From contig CAVRAV010000001.1 of the NCBI GenBank assembly GCA_963719165.1, positions 2,065,954 to 2,129,953 of the forward strand: 64,000 bases of DNA. The letters are read 5' to 3'. The translations under genes and the position numbers were made by a program. Of this stretch, positions 50,639-58,226 are shown piece by piece (positions within the stretch are counted from its first letter, which is position 1; each line of letters opens with the position of its first letter). This DNA comes from an uncultured Actinomycetes bacterium. GTDB taxonomy: Bacteria; Actinomycetota; UBA4738; HRBIN12. The notes beneath the pieces were generated by a model. It saw only the letters and a program-made list of their open reading frames with translations. It was not told the origin of the DNA and made no database searches.

Positions 50639-51001
50639 GTGTCCGCTGAGGAGATCGACGACTACCTCGACACGCTCGAGGAACCGAAGCGGAGCACCCT
50701 GGCGCAGCTCCGCGACACGATCATGTCGACCGTTCCCGACGCCGAGCAGGGGATCTCCTACGGGATGCCGGCGTTCAAGCTTCGGGGCAAGACCATCGCC
50801 GGGTTCGCGGCCTTCAAGAACCATCTGAGCTACCTGCCGCACAGCGGCGCGGTGATTCCGGCACTCGCCAAGCAGACCGAGGGCTACACGTCGACCCCTG
50901 GATCGCTGCACTTCCCGGTCGACAAGGCCCTCCCGAACGCCCTCGTGAAGGAGCTGCTCTCGGTTCGCATGGCTCAAGCCTTCGGCTCGGCGGGCCCGTG
51001 A
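50639..51001 (+). CDS. DUF1801 (YdhG-like) domain protein
   Basis: GTG start. IDDYLDTLEEPKRSTLAQLRDTIMSTVPDAEQGISYGMPAFKLRGKTIAGFAAFKNHLSY. A TACAAT-like hexamer lies upstream. Confidence 0.8.
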   Translation: MSAEEIDDYLDTLEEPKRSTLAQLRDTIMSTVPDAEQGISYGMPAFKLRGKTIAGFAAFKNHLSYLPHSGAVIPALAKQTEGYTSTPGSLHFPVDKALPNALVKELLSVRMAQAFGSAGP

Positions 51002-51106
51002 CCGGACAGATCATCGATGCCACGCGAAGTGGTGCTAGGACGATGAGGCACACGGCTGAAGCGGTCGAGGTCGACATCGTCTACGATCCCCAAGAGGAGG
51101 CAGAAC

Positions 51107-51208
51107 ATGTGGGGCATGACCTTGAAGCGGTGGGCGGTACTGTTCATCGCCATCACCATCGCGACCTCGGCGGTCATCGCGGTCGCCGGGGGTCTACTGG
51201 CGCCCTAG
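51107..51208 (+). CDS. Possible 33-aa hydrophobic peptide
   Basis: GAGGAGG lies 6 nt upstream of the ATG. The product is MWGMTLKRWAVLFIAITIATSAVIAVAGGLLAP, with a single TM. It is too short for the ORF track and overlaps the integrase remnant's 3-prime end. Confidence 0.3.
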   Translation: MWGMTLKRWAVLFIAITIATSAVIAVAGGLLAP

Positions 51209-52115
51209 GCTTCACTCTCGCGGATTGCTGCGTCAAGCGCGACGGCGAGCCGCTCCGCCGACGCCTTCCACAGGAACCCGTAGACATCCAGGGTGATGGA
51301 GGGCTTCGCGTGCCCGACCGTTCCCTCGCGTGTCGGAAAGACGAGCCCGTCGACCGAGTACTCCGCGATGTGGGCGGCGAGACTGACCTGTCGATGCGCA
51401 GGATCCGCGCCTCGGCGTCGAACTGCTCGAACGTGAGCGCCAGGACCTCGCCCGGGCGCAGACCTACGCGCGCGGAAAGCTCTACGAGCATCGCGTACCG
51501 TGGGGGCACTTCGCCGATGAGGGCGGCCAGCTCCTCGCCGTTGAGGCGGCGCACCTTCTCGACCGAGCTGGCGCCCGCCGCCGTCTTCGCGGCATGGGTT
51601 GTAGACCGGCGACGAGCCTTCGCGGGATTGATCGCGATTCGTCCCTCAGCAACCGCGTAGTTGAAGACCGCCACGAGCACCGAGCGGGCCTTCTTCTGAG
51701 CCGATGGCGCGGTGATGGTCCCGAGCGCGCGATCGACGTCCGTGGTCTTGATGTCGCCGATGGGCCGGTGCCCGAGGGCAGGACCGACGACGCGCCAGAC
51801 GTTGTCCTGTGAGGCGAGGGGGGCGGCAGCGAACTCCTCGCGCGCGCGGCGCTCGTCCCACACCGTGGCGAGGGTGACTTGCCCGGCGCGCGAGTCGACG
51901 AGCTGGCCGGAGGCCGCCTCTCTCGCGCGCTCGTCGAGGAACGATCGCGCCTCGCGTTGCGTGTGGAAGACCTTGCCGATCTTCCATCCGACAGCGTCGT
52001 AGTACCATGCTCGATACCGTGGATTACCTGAGCGTGTCTCGTACCTCTGAACGAAGGGGCGTGGCACCGCGTCTCGTCTTCTTCGCGTACCTGAGTTGGT
52101 GCACGTATGGCACAC
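51205..52115 (-). pseudogene. Tyrosine recombinase/integrase, frameshifted with internal deletions
   Basis: The N-terminal ~235 aa are intact (RYRAWYYD..., SAM-like domain, catalytic Arg in ARVGLRPGEVLAL). After ILRIDR the sense frame shifts. Another frame reads QVSLAAHIAEYSVDGLVFPTREGTVGHAKPSITLDVYGFLW...AIRESEA. The HxxR-containing segment is missing. Confidence 0.8.
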
Positions 52116-52179
52116 GAGAGGGTGTTCACGGATCAGAGGGGCGGAAGCGTCCGAGCGTTTCCGCAGGTCAGAGCATGTG

Positions 52180-52254
52180 GGGCCTGTAGCTCAGCTCGGT
52201 TAGAGCGCTTCCCTGATAAGGAAGAGGTCGATGGTTCAAGTCCATCCAGGCCCA
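52180..52254 (+). tRNA. tRNA-Ile (anticodon GAT)
   Basis: Cloverleaf: acceptor GGGCCTG/CAGGCCC, D-stem GCTC/GAGC, anticodon stem CTTCC/GGAAG with loop CTGATAA, and T-arm GATGG-TTCAAGT-CCATC. CCA is not encoded. Confidence 0.95.
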
Positions 52255-52275
52255 CTCCCGGAAGGAGGGGATCCC

Positions 52276-52461
52276 ATGGCAGAGGAGACCACCACCGAAG
52301 AGGCCGACGAGAAGAAGAAGGGCGGCTTCTTCAGGAAACTGATGAAGCTCGCGTTCGTTGCTGCGATCGTCGGCGCCGTCGTCGCGGTCATGAAGCGTCG
52401 CAAGGGCGACGATCTCGATGACGTCGAGTGGCAGGAGCTTCCGCCGCCGGCCAGCGGCTAG
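52276..52461 (+). CDS. Small single-TM protein with acidic ends
   Basis: AGGAGG lies 7 nt upstream of ATG 52276. The product is MAEETTTEEADEKKKGGFFRKLMKLAFVAAIVGAVVAVMKRRKGDDLDDVEWQELPPPASG. A strong hairpin follows. Confidence 0.6.
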   Translation: MAEETTTEEADEKKKGGFFRKLMKLAFVAAIVGAVVAVMKRRKGDDLDDVEWQELPPPASG

Positions 52462-52488
52462 CTCTCAACGCGCACGTACCGTGGAATC

Positions 52489-52517
52489 GGAAACCCGCGG
52501 CTTTGCCGCGGGTTTCC
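52489..52517 (+). terminator. Hairpin terminator after the small protein gene
   Basis: A 12-bp perfect stem, GGAAACCCGCGG and CCGCGGGTTTCC, with a 5-nt loop. Confidence 0.6.
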
Positions 52518-52548
52518 TCGGTTCCCGGCGGGGATAGACTCCGACGCC

Positions 52549-53301
52549 ATGGGTACGAGCGCGTGGCAGATCGCCGAGGACGCCGCCGCCAAGGCCGGGG
52601 TGAGGCTGCGGCCCGCCGACCGTGTGGCCGACCGGGAGGCGATCCTGCAGATCGTGCAGGTGACCTGGGGAGCCGAGGGCCTGATGCCCCCCGAGATGCT
52701 CGTGGCGCTCGCCGAATCGGGCAACGTTCCCTACGGGGCCTTCGAGGCCGACACCATGATCGGGTACGTGCTGGGCTGGGCAGGCATCGACCCGCACGAC
52801 GGCCTGCACCTGCACTCCCACATGCTCGCCGCGCTTCCCGCTCGGCGACACCGAGGCGTTGGGTTCGCCCTGAAGCTCGCGCAACGCGCGCAGTGCCTTG
52901 ATCAGGGCGTGCACCTCGTGCGATGGACCTTCGACCCGCTGATCGCGCGGAACGCGTGGCTGAATCTGGGCAAGCTCGGGGCCGTGGCCGATCGGTTCAG
53001 GCGAGACTTCTACGGGCCCATGAGCGACGCGCTGAACGCGGGCGATCGCAGCGATCGGCTGGTGGTGAGGTGGGACCTGGATCGCCCGCCCGGGCAGCGG
53101 GTTGCGCCGGCATCGGCGCGGAGGCTCGAGATCCCAGGCGAGTACGGCGCCCTGCGCTCGGCCGACCCAGCCGCCGCCGCCGTGCAGCGCGAGCACGTCG
53201 GAGCCGGGCTGGCCGCGGCGTTCGACACGGGCGCGATCGTGGCCGGGTTCGATCGCGCCACGAGGGCCTACTTGCTCGCGGATCCGGGGGATGCCGGGTG
53301 A
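52549..53301 (+). CDS. GNAT-fold acyltransferase-like protein coupled to the enolase-superfamily gene
   Basis: RRHRGVGFALKLAQ (GNAT motif A-like) and WTFDPLIARNAWLNLGKLGA. GTGA overlap with the downstream gene. Confidence 0.6.
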   Translation: MGTSAWQIAEDAAAKAGVRLRPADRVADREAILQIVQVTWGAEGLMPPEMLVALAESGNVPYGAFEADTMIGYVLGWAGIDPHDGLHLHSHMLAALPARRHRGVGFALKLAQRAQCLDQGVHLVRWTFDPLIARNAWLNLGKLGAVADRFRRDFYGPMSDALNAGDRSDRLVVRWDLDRPPGQRVAPASARRLEIPGEYGALRSADPAAAAVQREHVGAGLAAAFDTGAIVAGFDRATRAYLLADPGDAG

Positions 53302-54410
53302 CGCGCATCCGCGCCGTGGAGCTCTCCCTCGTGGGGTTGCCGCTCGTTCGCCCGTTCCGCACGAGCTTCGGCACCTCCACGGAGAAGGTCTGCGTCGTGG
53401 CGCGCGTCGAGACGGACGAAGCGGAGGGCTGGGGCGAGTGCGTGGCGGACATCGGGCCTGGCTTCAGCGAGGAGTTCAACGACGGCGTGTGGCTCGTCCT
53501 GCGAGACCTGCTGGCGCCCGCGATGTTCCGCGCCGGAGATATCACCGCGGACGACCTCGATAAGACGTTCGCCTTCGTGCGCGGCAACCCGATGGCCAAG
53601 GCGACGCTCGTCAACGCCCTGCTCGACGCCGAGCTTCGTGCGCGGGGAGAGTCGCTCTCCTCCTTCCTCGGGGGCGCCGCGGACCGCGTCGCGTGCGGCG
53701 TCTCCGTGGGGATCGCCGCGAGCACGGACGAGTTGCTCGCTCAGGTCAACGGCTATCTCCTCGACGGCTACCAGAGGATCAAGCTCAAGATCGAGCCGGG
53801 CCTCGATGTGGAGCGCGTGGCGGCCGTACGCGCGGCGCACCCGGATATCGCGCTCAGCGTTGACGCGAACGCCGCCTATCGCCTGGCGGACGTCGACGTC
53901 TTCCGAGCGCTCGATGCCTACGACCTGCTCATGGTGGAGCAGCCGCTCGCCTACGACGACCTCCTCCAGCACGCGGCGCTGCAACAGCAGGTGCGCACCG
54001 ACCTTTGCCTCGACGAGTCGATCCGGTCCGCAGCCCACGCCGTCGCGGCGCTCGAACTCGTCGCCTGCAGGATCGTGAACATCAAGCAGGGCCGCGTGGG
54101 GGGCGTGGTGGAGGCGCGACGTGTGCACGACGTGGCCCGAGCCGCGAACGTTCCCGTGTGGTGCGGCGGGATGCTCGAGACGGGCGTGGGCCGCGCGCTG
54201 AACCTCGCCCTCGCGTCCCTGCCCGGCTTCACGCTGCCGGGCGACACGAGCGCCTCGGCGCGCTACTTCCCCGATGACCTCACCGAGCCCTTCGTGATGG
54301 ACGCCGACGGGACCATGGCGGTGCCGCAGGGACCGGGGATCGGCGTCACCCCGCGGCCCGGTCGGCTCGCCGCGTGCACGCTTCGGCGCGAGGTCATCAC
54401 CGCCGGGTAG
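53298..54410 (+). CDS. o-Succinylbenzoate synthase / N-succinylamino acid racemase family (enolase superfamily)
   Basis: From GTG 53298. Catalytic and metal-binding pattern KLKIEPG, SVDANAAY, MVEQPL, CLDES, VNIKQGRVGG, WCGGMLETG. Confidence 0.85.
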   Translation: MTRIRAVELSLVGLPLVRPFRTSFGTSTEKVCVVARVETDEAEGWGECVADIGPGFSEEFNDGVWLVLRDLLAPAMFRAGDITADDLDKTFAFVRGNPMAKATLVNALLDAELRARGESLSSFLGGAADRVACGVSVGIAASTDELLAQVNGYLLDGYQRIKLKIEPGLDVERVAAVRAAHPDIALSVDANAAYRLADVDVFRALDAYDLLMVEQPLAYDDLLQHAALQQQVRTDLCLDESIRSAAHAVAALELVACRIVNIKQGRVGGVVEARRVHDVARAANVPVWCGGMLETGVGRALNLALASLPGFTLPGDTSASARYFPDDLTEPFVMDADGTMAVPQGPGIGVTPRPGRLAACTLRREVITAG

Positions 54411-54472
54411 CTTGAGCCGCGCCTGCGGAGGCGCGAGGATGGGGTCACGCCCGCGCCGCGGGCCGGGAGCCC

Positions 54473-55033
54473 ATGAAGAAGCGCGTCGTCAGAGCCGAGG
54501 AGTTCGAGGTAGTCGATGAGGCCGGCCACGTCCGGCTGCGGATCGGCCTGTCCAACGACGACAACCCGTTCTTCTCCATGCTGGACCCGGACGGACACGT
54601 CCGGGCCCGCTTCGGCCTGGGGGCGGACGGCAGTGCGGGCCTCGCGATCGGTGACGAGAACGGCAAGGTTCGCGCCACGCTCGGCCTCGCTTCCGACGGC
54701 AGCGCGTCCCTCGCGTTCGGCGACCAGAAGGGGCGGATCCGGGCGAAGTTCGGCCTGGCTCCCGAGGCCTCTCCCACCCTCGGCATGCAGGTGAGCGACG
54801 GCGACCTCAAACAGGTGTTCTCGCTCGCCGAGCAGGGATCGCCGACGCTCGGCCTCTACGACGATCAAGGCAAGGTGCGGGTGCGCCTGGGCCTGGCCGC
54901 GAAGGGATCGCCGATGCTGCGTTTGCTCGACCCCGATGGCGAGCTCCGGGCGGTGGTGGGCCTCGCGAGCGACGGGTCCCCGTTCATCCAGTTCCTCGAC
55001 CCGCAGAAGCAACCCACCTGGACCATGCGTTAG
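54473..55033 (+). CDS. Repeat protein: seven exact 23-residue repeats plus a partial eighth
   Basis: The G-x-[VIL]-[RK] core recurs at residues 18, 41, 64, 87, 110, 133 and 156. The consensus is L-x-[LF]-x-D-x-x-G-K-V-R-A-x-[LF]-G-L-x-x-D-G-S-P-x. There is no signal peptide. Confidence 0.7.
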   Translation: MKKRVVRAEEFEVVDEAGHVRLRIGLSNDDNPFFSMLDPDGHVRARFGLGADGSAGLAIGDENGKVRATLGLASDGSASLAFGDQKGRIRAKFGLAPEASPTLGMQVSDGDLKQVFSLAEQGSPTLGLYDDQGKVRVRLGLAAKGSPMLRLLDPDGELRAVVGLASDGSPFIQFLDPQKQPTWTMR

Positions 55034-55253
55034 CTCCAACGTTCACGAACGATCGAAGGCCTTCCGCTCCGCGTCCGTCTCCGCCGGCGTCTCGGTACTG
55101 TCGTGAACGAGGTTCGGCTGGAGTTGGGCGCACGATGCGTCCACATCACGGTATGCAGCGACGAGGGGACACTCATCCGAACGGCGCGACGATAGAGTCT
55201 TCGGCGTAGGCATCGCAACCCCACCGGCAGCGATACATGGAGGCGACGACGAG

Positions 55254-55646
55254 ATGCTCGGGTGGATCGGGGATATCGAGCGTGCGACGCTCGAGAACGA
55301 GGCGTTCCGAACCGTGCTGTTCACGGGTGAGCACGTGCAGCTGACGGTCATGCGGCTGGCGCCGGGTGAGGACATCGGCCGCGAGGCACATCCACACCTC
55401 GACCAATTCCTTCGGATCGAGTCGGGGAGCGGACGCGTGGAGTTCGGGCCAAGCGAACAGGTGATCGAAGAGACCCACGACGTCGCCCACGACTGGGCGA
55501 TCATCATCCCCGCGGGCATCTGGCACAACGTGGTGAATACGGGCGAGGGTGACATGAAGCTCTACTCGCTGTACTCGCCTCCCGAACATCCCGATGGAGT
55601 CATCCACCGGACGAAGGCGGAGGCCGAAGCCGCCGACCACCGATAG
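55254..55646 (+). CDS. Cupin domain protein
   Basis: GEDIGREAHPHLDQFLRIESG...IIIPAGIWHNVVNTG, the two-motif cupin pattern. Confidence 0.8.
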   Translation: MLGWIGDIERATLENEAFRTVLFTGEHVQLTVMRLAPGEDIGREAHPHLDQFLRIESGSGRVEFGPSEQVIEETHDVAHDWAIIIPAGIWHNVVNTGEGDMKLYSLYSPPEHPDGVIHRTKAEAEAADHR

Positions 55647-55830
55647 GTTCTCGTCCGGAGCGCCCTCATCGGATCGAGACCACCGGGTCGCGGCTGCTGT
55701 TGCTGGATATCCGACCCTTTCCGCGCTTCGGATGAGCCGCGCGGCTCACACAACGGAGGCTCGGTAGACTCGCTGTTCGACGGGCGCTGGAGCCTGGTGA
55801 GCGTTCCGCCACGTTCCGGTGTATCCCCTC

Positions 55831-55903
55831 GGGGACGTAGCTCAGTTGGTAGAGCGCCGGCTTTGCAAGCCGGAGGTCGCCGGTTCGAACCCGGTCGTCT
55901 CCA
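55831..55903 (+). tRNA. tRNA-Ala (anticodon TGC)
   Basis: Acceptor GGGGACG/CGTCTCC with the G3:U70 identity pair, anticodon loop TTTGCAA, and T-arm GCCGG-TTCGAAC-CCGGT. Confidence 0.95.
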
Positions 55904-55972
55904 CGCAGGATCACCAGCCCGTCCGTGGAGCCTCGATAGGATGGGATTTCTCTCGATCCGGAGGAACGCACG

Positions 55973-56734
55973 GTGTCCAAGCAGATGCTGAACGAGAAGA
56001 CGTTCGCGAACGTCGAGGCGTACGAGCCGATCACGCTCCCAGGACGCCCCGACGCCCCGACGCGTCCCGACACCATGACGGTGAACGGCACGATCGGCCG
56101 CGCGTTCTTCCTCCTGGTCCTCGCCGTGGCGATGGGCGCCGTGGGTTGGTCATACGGCGACCGGCTTTCCGGCGTCGTATGGACCGTGATGCTGGTGGGG
56201 CTGCTCGCGTTGTTCGGGCTCTCGATCCTGACGGCGTTCAAGCCGAAGCTCGCCCCGTACACGGGCCCCGTGTACGCCGTGGTGATGGGGTTCTGGGCCG
56301 GTGCCATCTCGTTCGGCTACAACGAGCTCTACCCCGGGATCGTCATGCAGGCGATGTTCGCCACGTTCGCGGTGTTCGCGGTGTGCCTGGTCTTCTACCT
56401 CACCGGTCTGGTGAAGGTGACGGACCGGTTCGTGCGTGTCGTGATCGTGGCCACCGGCGGGATCTTCGTGATGTATCTCGCCGCGATCGTGATGCAGCTG
56501 TTCGGCGTGAACGTCACGTTCCTCGACAGCCCGTCCCCACTCGGGATCGGACTGAGCATCGTGATCTGTGTCGTGGCCGCGCTCAACCTCTTCATCGACT
56601 TCCGGTGGATCGACGAGGGCGCGAAGGCGGGCGCTCCCACCTTCATGTCGTGGTACAGCGCCTTCGGGCTGCTCGCCACGCTGATCTGGCTCTACCTCGA
56701 GATCCTGCGGCTGCTCTCCAAGATCCGGAGCTAG
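55973..56734 (+). CDS. Bax inhibitor-1/YccA-like membrane protein
   Basis: GTG start after GGAGG. 253 aa with about 7 TM segments and a C-terminal LYLEILRLLSKI. Confidence 0.75.
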   Translation: MSKQMLNEKTFANVEAYEPITLPGRPDAPTRPDTMTVNGTIGRAFFLLVLAVAMGAVGWSYGDRLSGVVWTVMLVGLLALFGLSILTAFKPKLAPYTGPVYAVVMGFWAGAISFGYNELYPGIVMQAMFATFAVFAVCLVFYLTGLVKVTDRFVRVVIVATGGIFVMYLAAIVMQLFGVNVTFLDSPSPLGIGLSIVICVVAALNLFIDFRWIDEGAKAGAPTFMSWYSAFGLLATLIWLYLEILRLLSKIRS

Positions 56735-56741
56735 CGCACGC

Positions 56742-57416
56742 GTGCGGGTCCACGCCCTCTCGGCCTTCGTCGTGGCGGTGATCCTCGCGGGCGGCGCTCC
56801 GAACCCCGCGGCCAACGATCTCGGCCCGGCCGGCAGGCCCCCGTACTCGGCCACGGTCTCCCCGCTCGACAGATCCGCCCGCCGTCTCATGACCGGCCGG
56901 TCGTGGCACCCCGGGTGTCCGGTGCCTCTACGGGACCTCCGGCTGATACGCATGCCGTACTGGGGCTTCGACCAGCGCTGGCACCGAGGCGAGCTGGTCG
57001 TGCACCGGCGGAACGCTGCCCAAGTGGTTCGGGTCTTCCGTCGGCTCTACGACGCCCGATTCCCGATCCGTCGCATGCGATTGGTCGACCGATACGGTGC
57101 CGATGACCACCGTTCGATGGCGGCGGACAACACCTCGGCATTCAACTGTCGATGGCGCAGCGGCGTCTGTTGCACCTGGTCTCAGCACGCCTACGGGCGT
57201 GCGATCGACGTCAACCCGGTCGAGAACCCGTTCCTGTGGAACGGAGGGGTCTCGCCGCCGGCGGGTCGAGCCTATGTCGATCGCTCGCGTCGCCGGCCGG
57301 GCATGGTGCACCTCCATGACCGGGTCTGGTGGGCATTCCACGCGGTCGGGTGGGGCTGGGGCGGTACGTGGTCCGGCGAACGCGACTACCAGCACTTCTC
57401 TGCGAACGGCCGCTGA
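56742..57416 (+). CDS. M15 family metallopeptidase (D-Ala-D-Ala carboxypeptidase/VanY-like), secreted
   Basis: A signal peptide, SQHAYGRAIDVNP (SxHxxGxAxD) and DYQHFS. Confidence 0.8.
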   Translation: MRVHALSAFVVAVILAGGAPNPAANDLGPAGRPPYSATVSPLDRSARRLMTGRSWHPGCPVPLRDLRLIRMPYWGFDQRWHRGELVVHRRNAAQVVRVFRRLYDARFPIRRMRLVDRYGADDHRSMAADNTSAFNCRWRSGVCCTWSQHAYGRAIDVNPVENPFLWNGGVSPPAGRAYVDRSRRRPGMVHLHDRVWWAFHAVGWGWGGTWSGERDYQHFSANGR

Positions 57417-57434
57417 GCGCTCCGGCTGCCCGCC

Positions 57435-58022
57435 TCAGACCGCGAGCAGGTCCACCGCGTAGGTGGACCGCAGCCGCTGATCGATCCCGGGCGCGTCGAG
57501 GACACGCCGAGGGGCTTGCCCGAGCGTGCGGGAAACCGCGAGATGCTCGTCACACAGCGGGATCAGCCGCCGGCGTGGGTACCACCCCACGGCGGTGGGC
57601 GCGTTCACGAGCGGTCCGTGCTGCCAGAAGCAGAACTGGCAGATGAGCCGCACGCGCTGCGGATACGCGAATCGGGCCCGGTAACCGCGGTCGTGTTCGA
57701 TCACGCGACCCCAGAGCGCGACGCGCCCCAGCACGGCGGGACTCCGCATCCGCCGCAGGACGTCGAACGTGGGCGAGGCGTGGAAGCCGCAGAGACAACC
57801 GAGCTCCGGCGGGGTATGGGTCCAGTGACGTTCGCATCGCGCCTCCGCGACCTCCCCCGGGACCCACGCGTGCCCGCGCGCGTTCACGGGACGCAGGAGG
57901 AGGTCGTCGCCGTGCGAAGAGCCCGAGAGGGCCCATGTGCGCCACGCCACGAGCGGTTCCTCGCTGTGCTCGATGTGGATGCCGACGTCGGTCCGCTCGG
58001 CGAGCCGACGCCCGTGACTCAC
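57435..58022 (-). CDS. Cys/His-rich hypothetical protein
   Basis: Taken from GTG 58022. The upstream 50 codons of ORF 57435..58172 are Arg-rich low complexity. Cys/His clusters: CERHWTHTPPELGCLCGFH, ICQFCFWQH and PLCDEH. No family was recognised. Confidence 0.45.
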   Translation of the reverse strand: MSHGRRLAERTDVGIHIEHSEEPLVAWRTWALSGSSHGDDLLLRPVNARGHAWVPGEVAEARCERHWTHTPPELGCLCGFHASPTFDVLRRMRSPAVLGRVALWGRVIEHDRGYRARFAYPQRVRLICQFCFWQHGPLVNAPTAVGWYPRRRLIPLCDEHLAVSRTLGQAPRRVLDAPGIDQRLRSTYAVDLLAV

Positions 58023-58226
58023 GGCTCGCGACCGCCCTCGGGCACGGGCTCGGGCACCGGCGCGGGCTCGGCGAGGGGCGGACCGGTGTCCGGCAAGGGG
58101 ATCGAAGCGGGCTCGATCTCGATGATCCGTTTCGGTTGACCGATGTTCACGCCGCCTCACGACTCCAGTCACGGCTCCGCTGCCGACGGGGCATCGTACG
58201 AGCGTACTCGCGGAGATCGGCTCTGA

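Larger units (their letters stand above)
49040..52179. mobile_element. Decayed integrative element remnant at tRNA-Ile
   Basis: It is bounded by the tRNA-Ile 5-prime-half repeats. A broken tyrosine integrase lies next to the intact tRNA. The cargo is DUF4386, DUF1801 and about 500 bp of non-coding DNA. The segment is visibly less GC-rich than its flanks (by eye). Confidence 0.55.

Noticed and set aside
51174-52115. The 313-aa ORF as an intact tyrosine integrase.
   Set aside because: The last ~75 residues are out-of-frame nonsense. The true C-terminal motifs lie in another frame, and the HxxR region is deleted.
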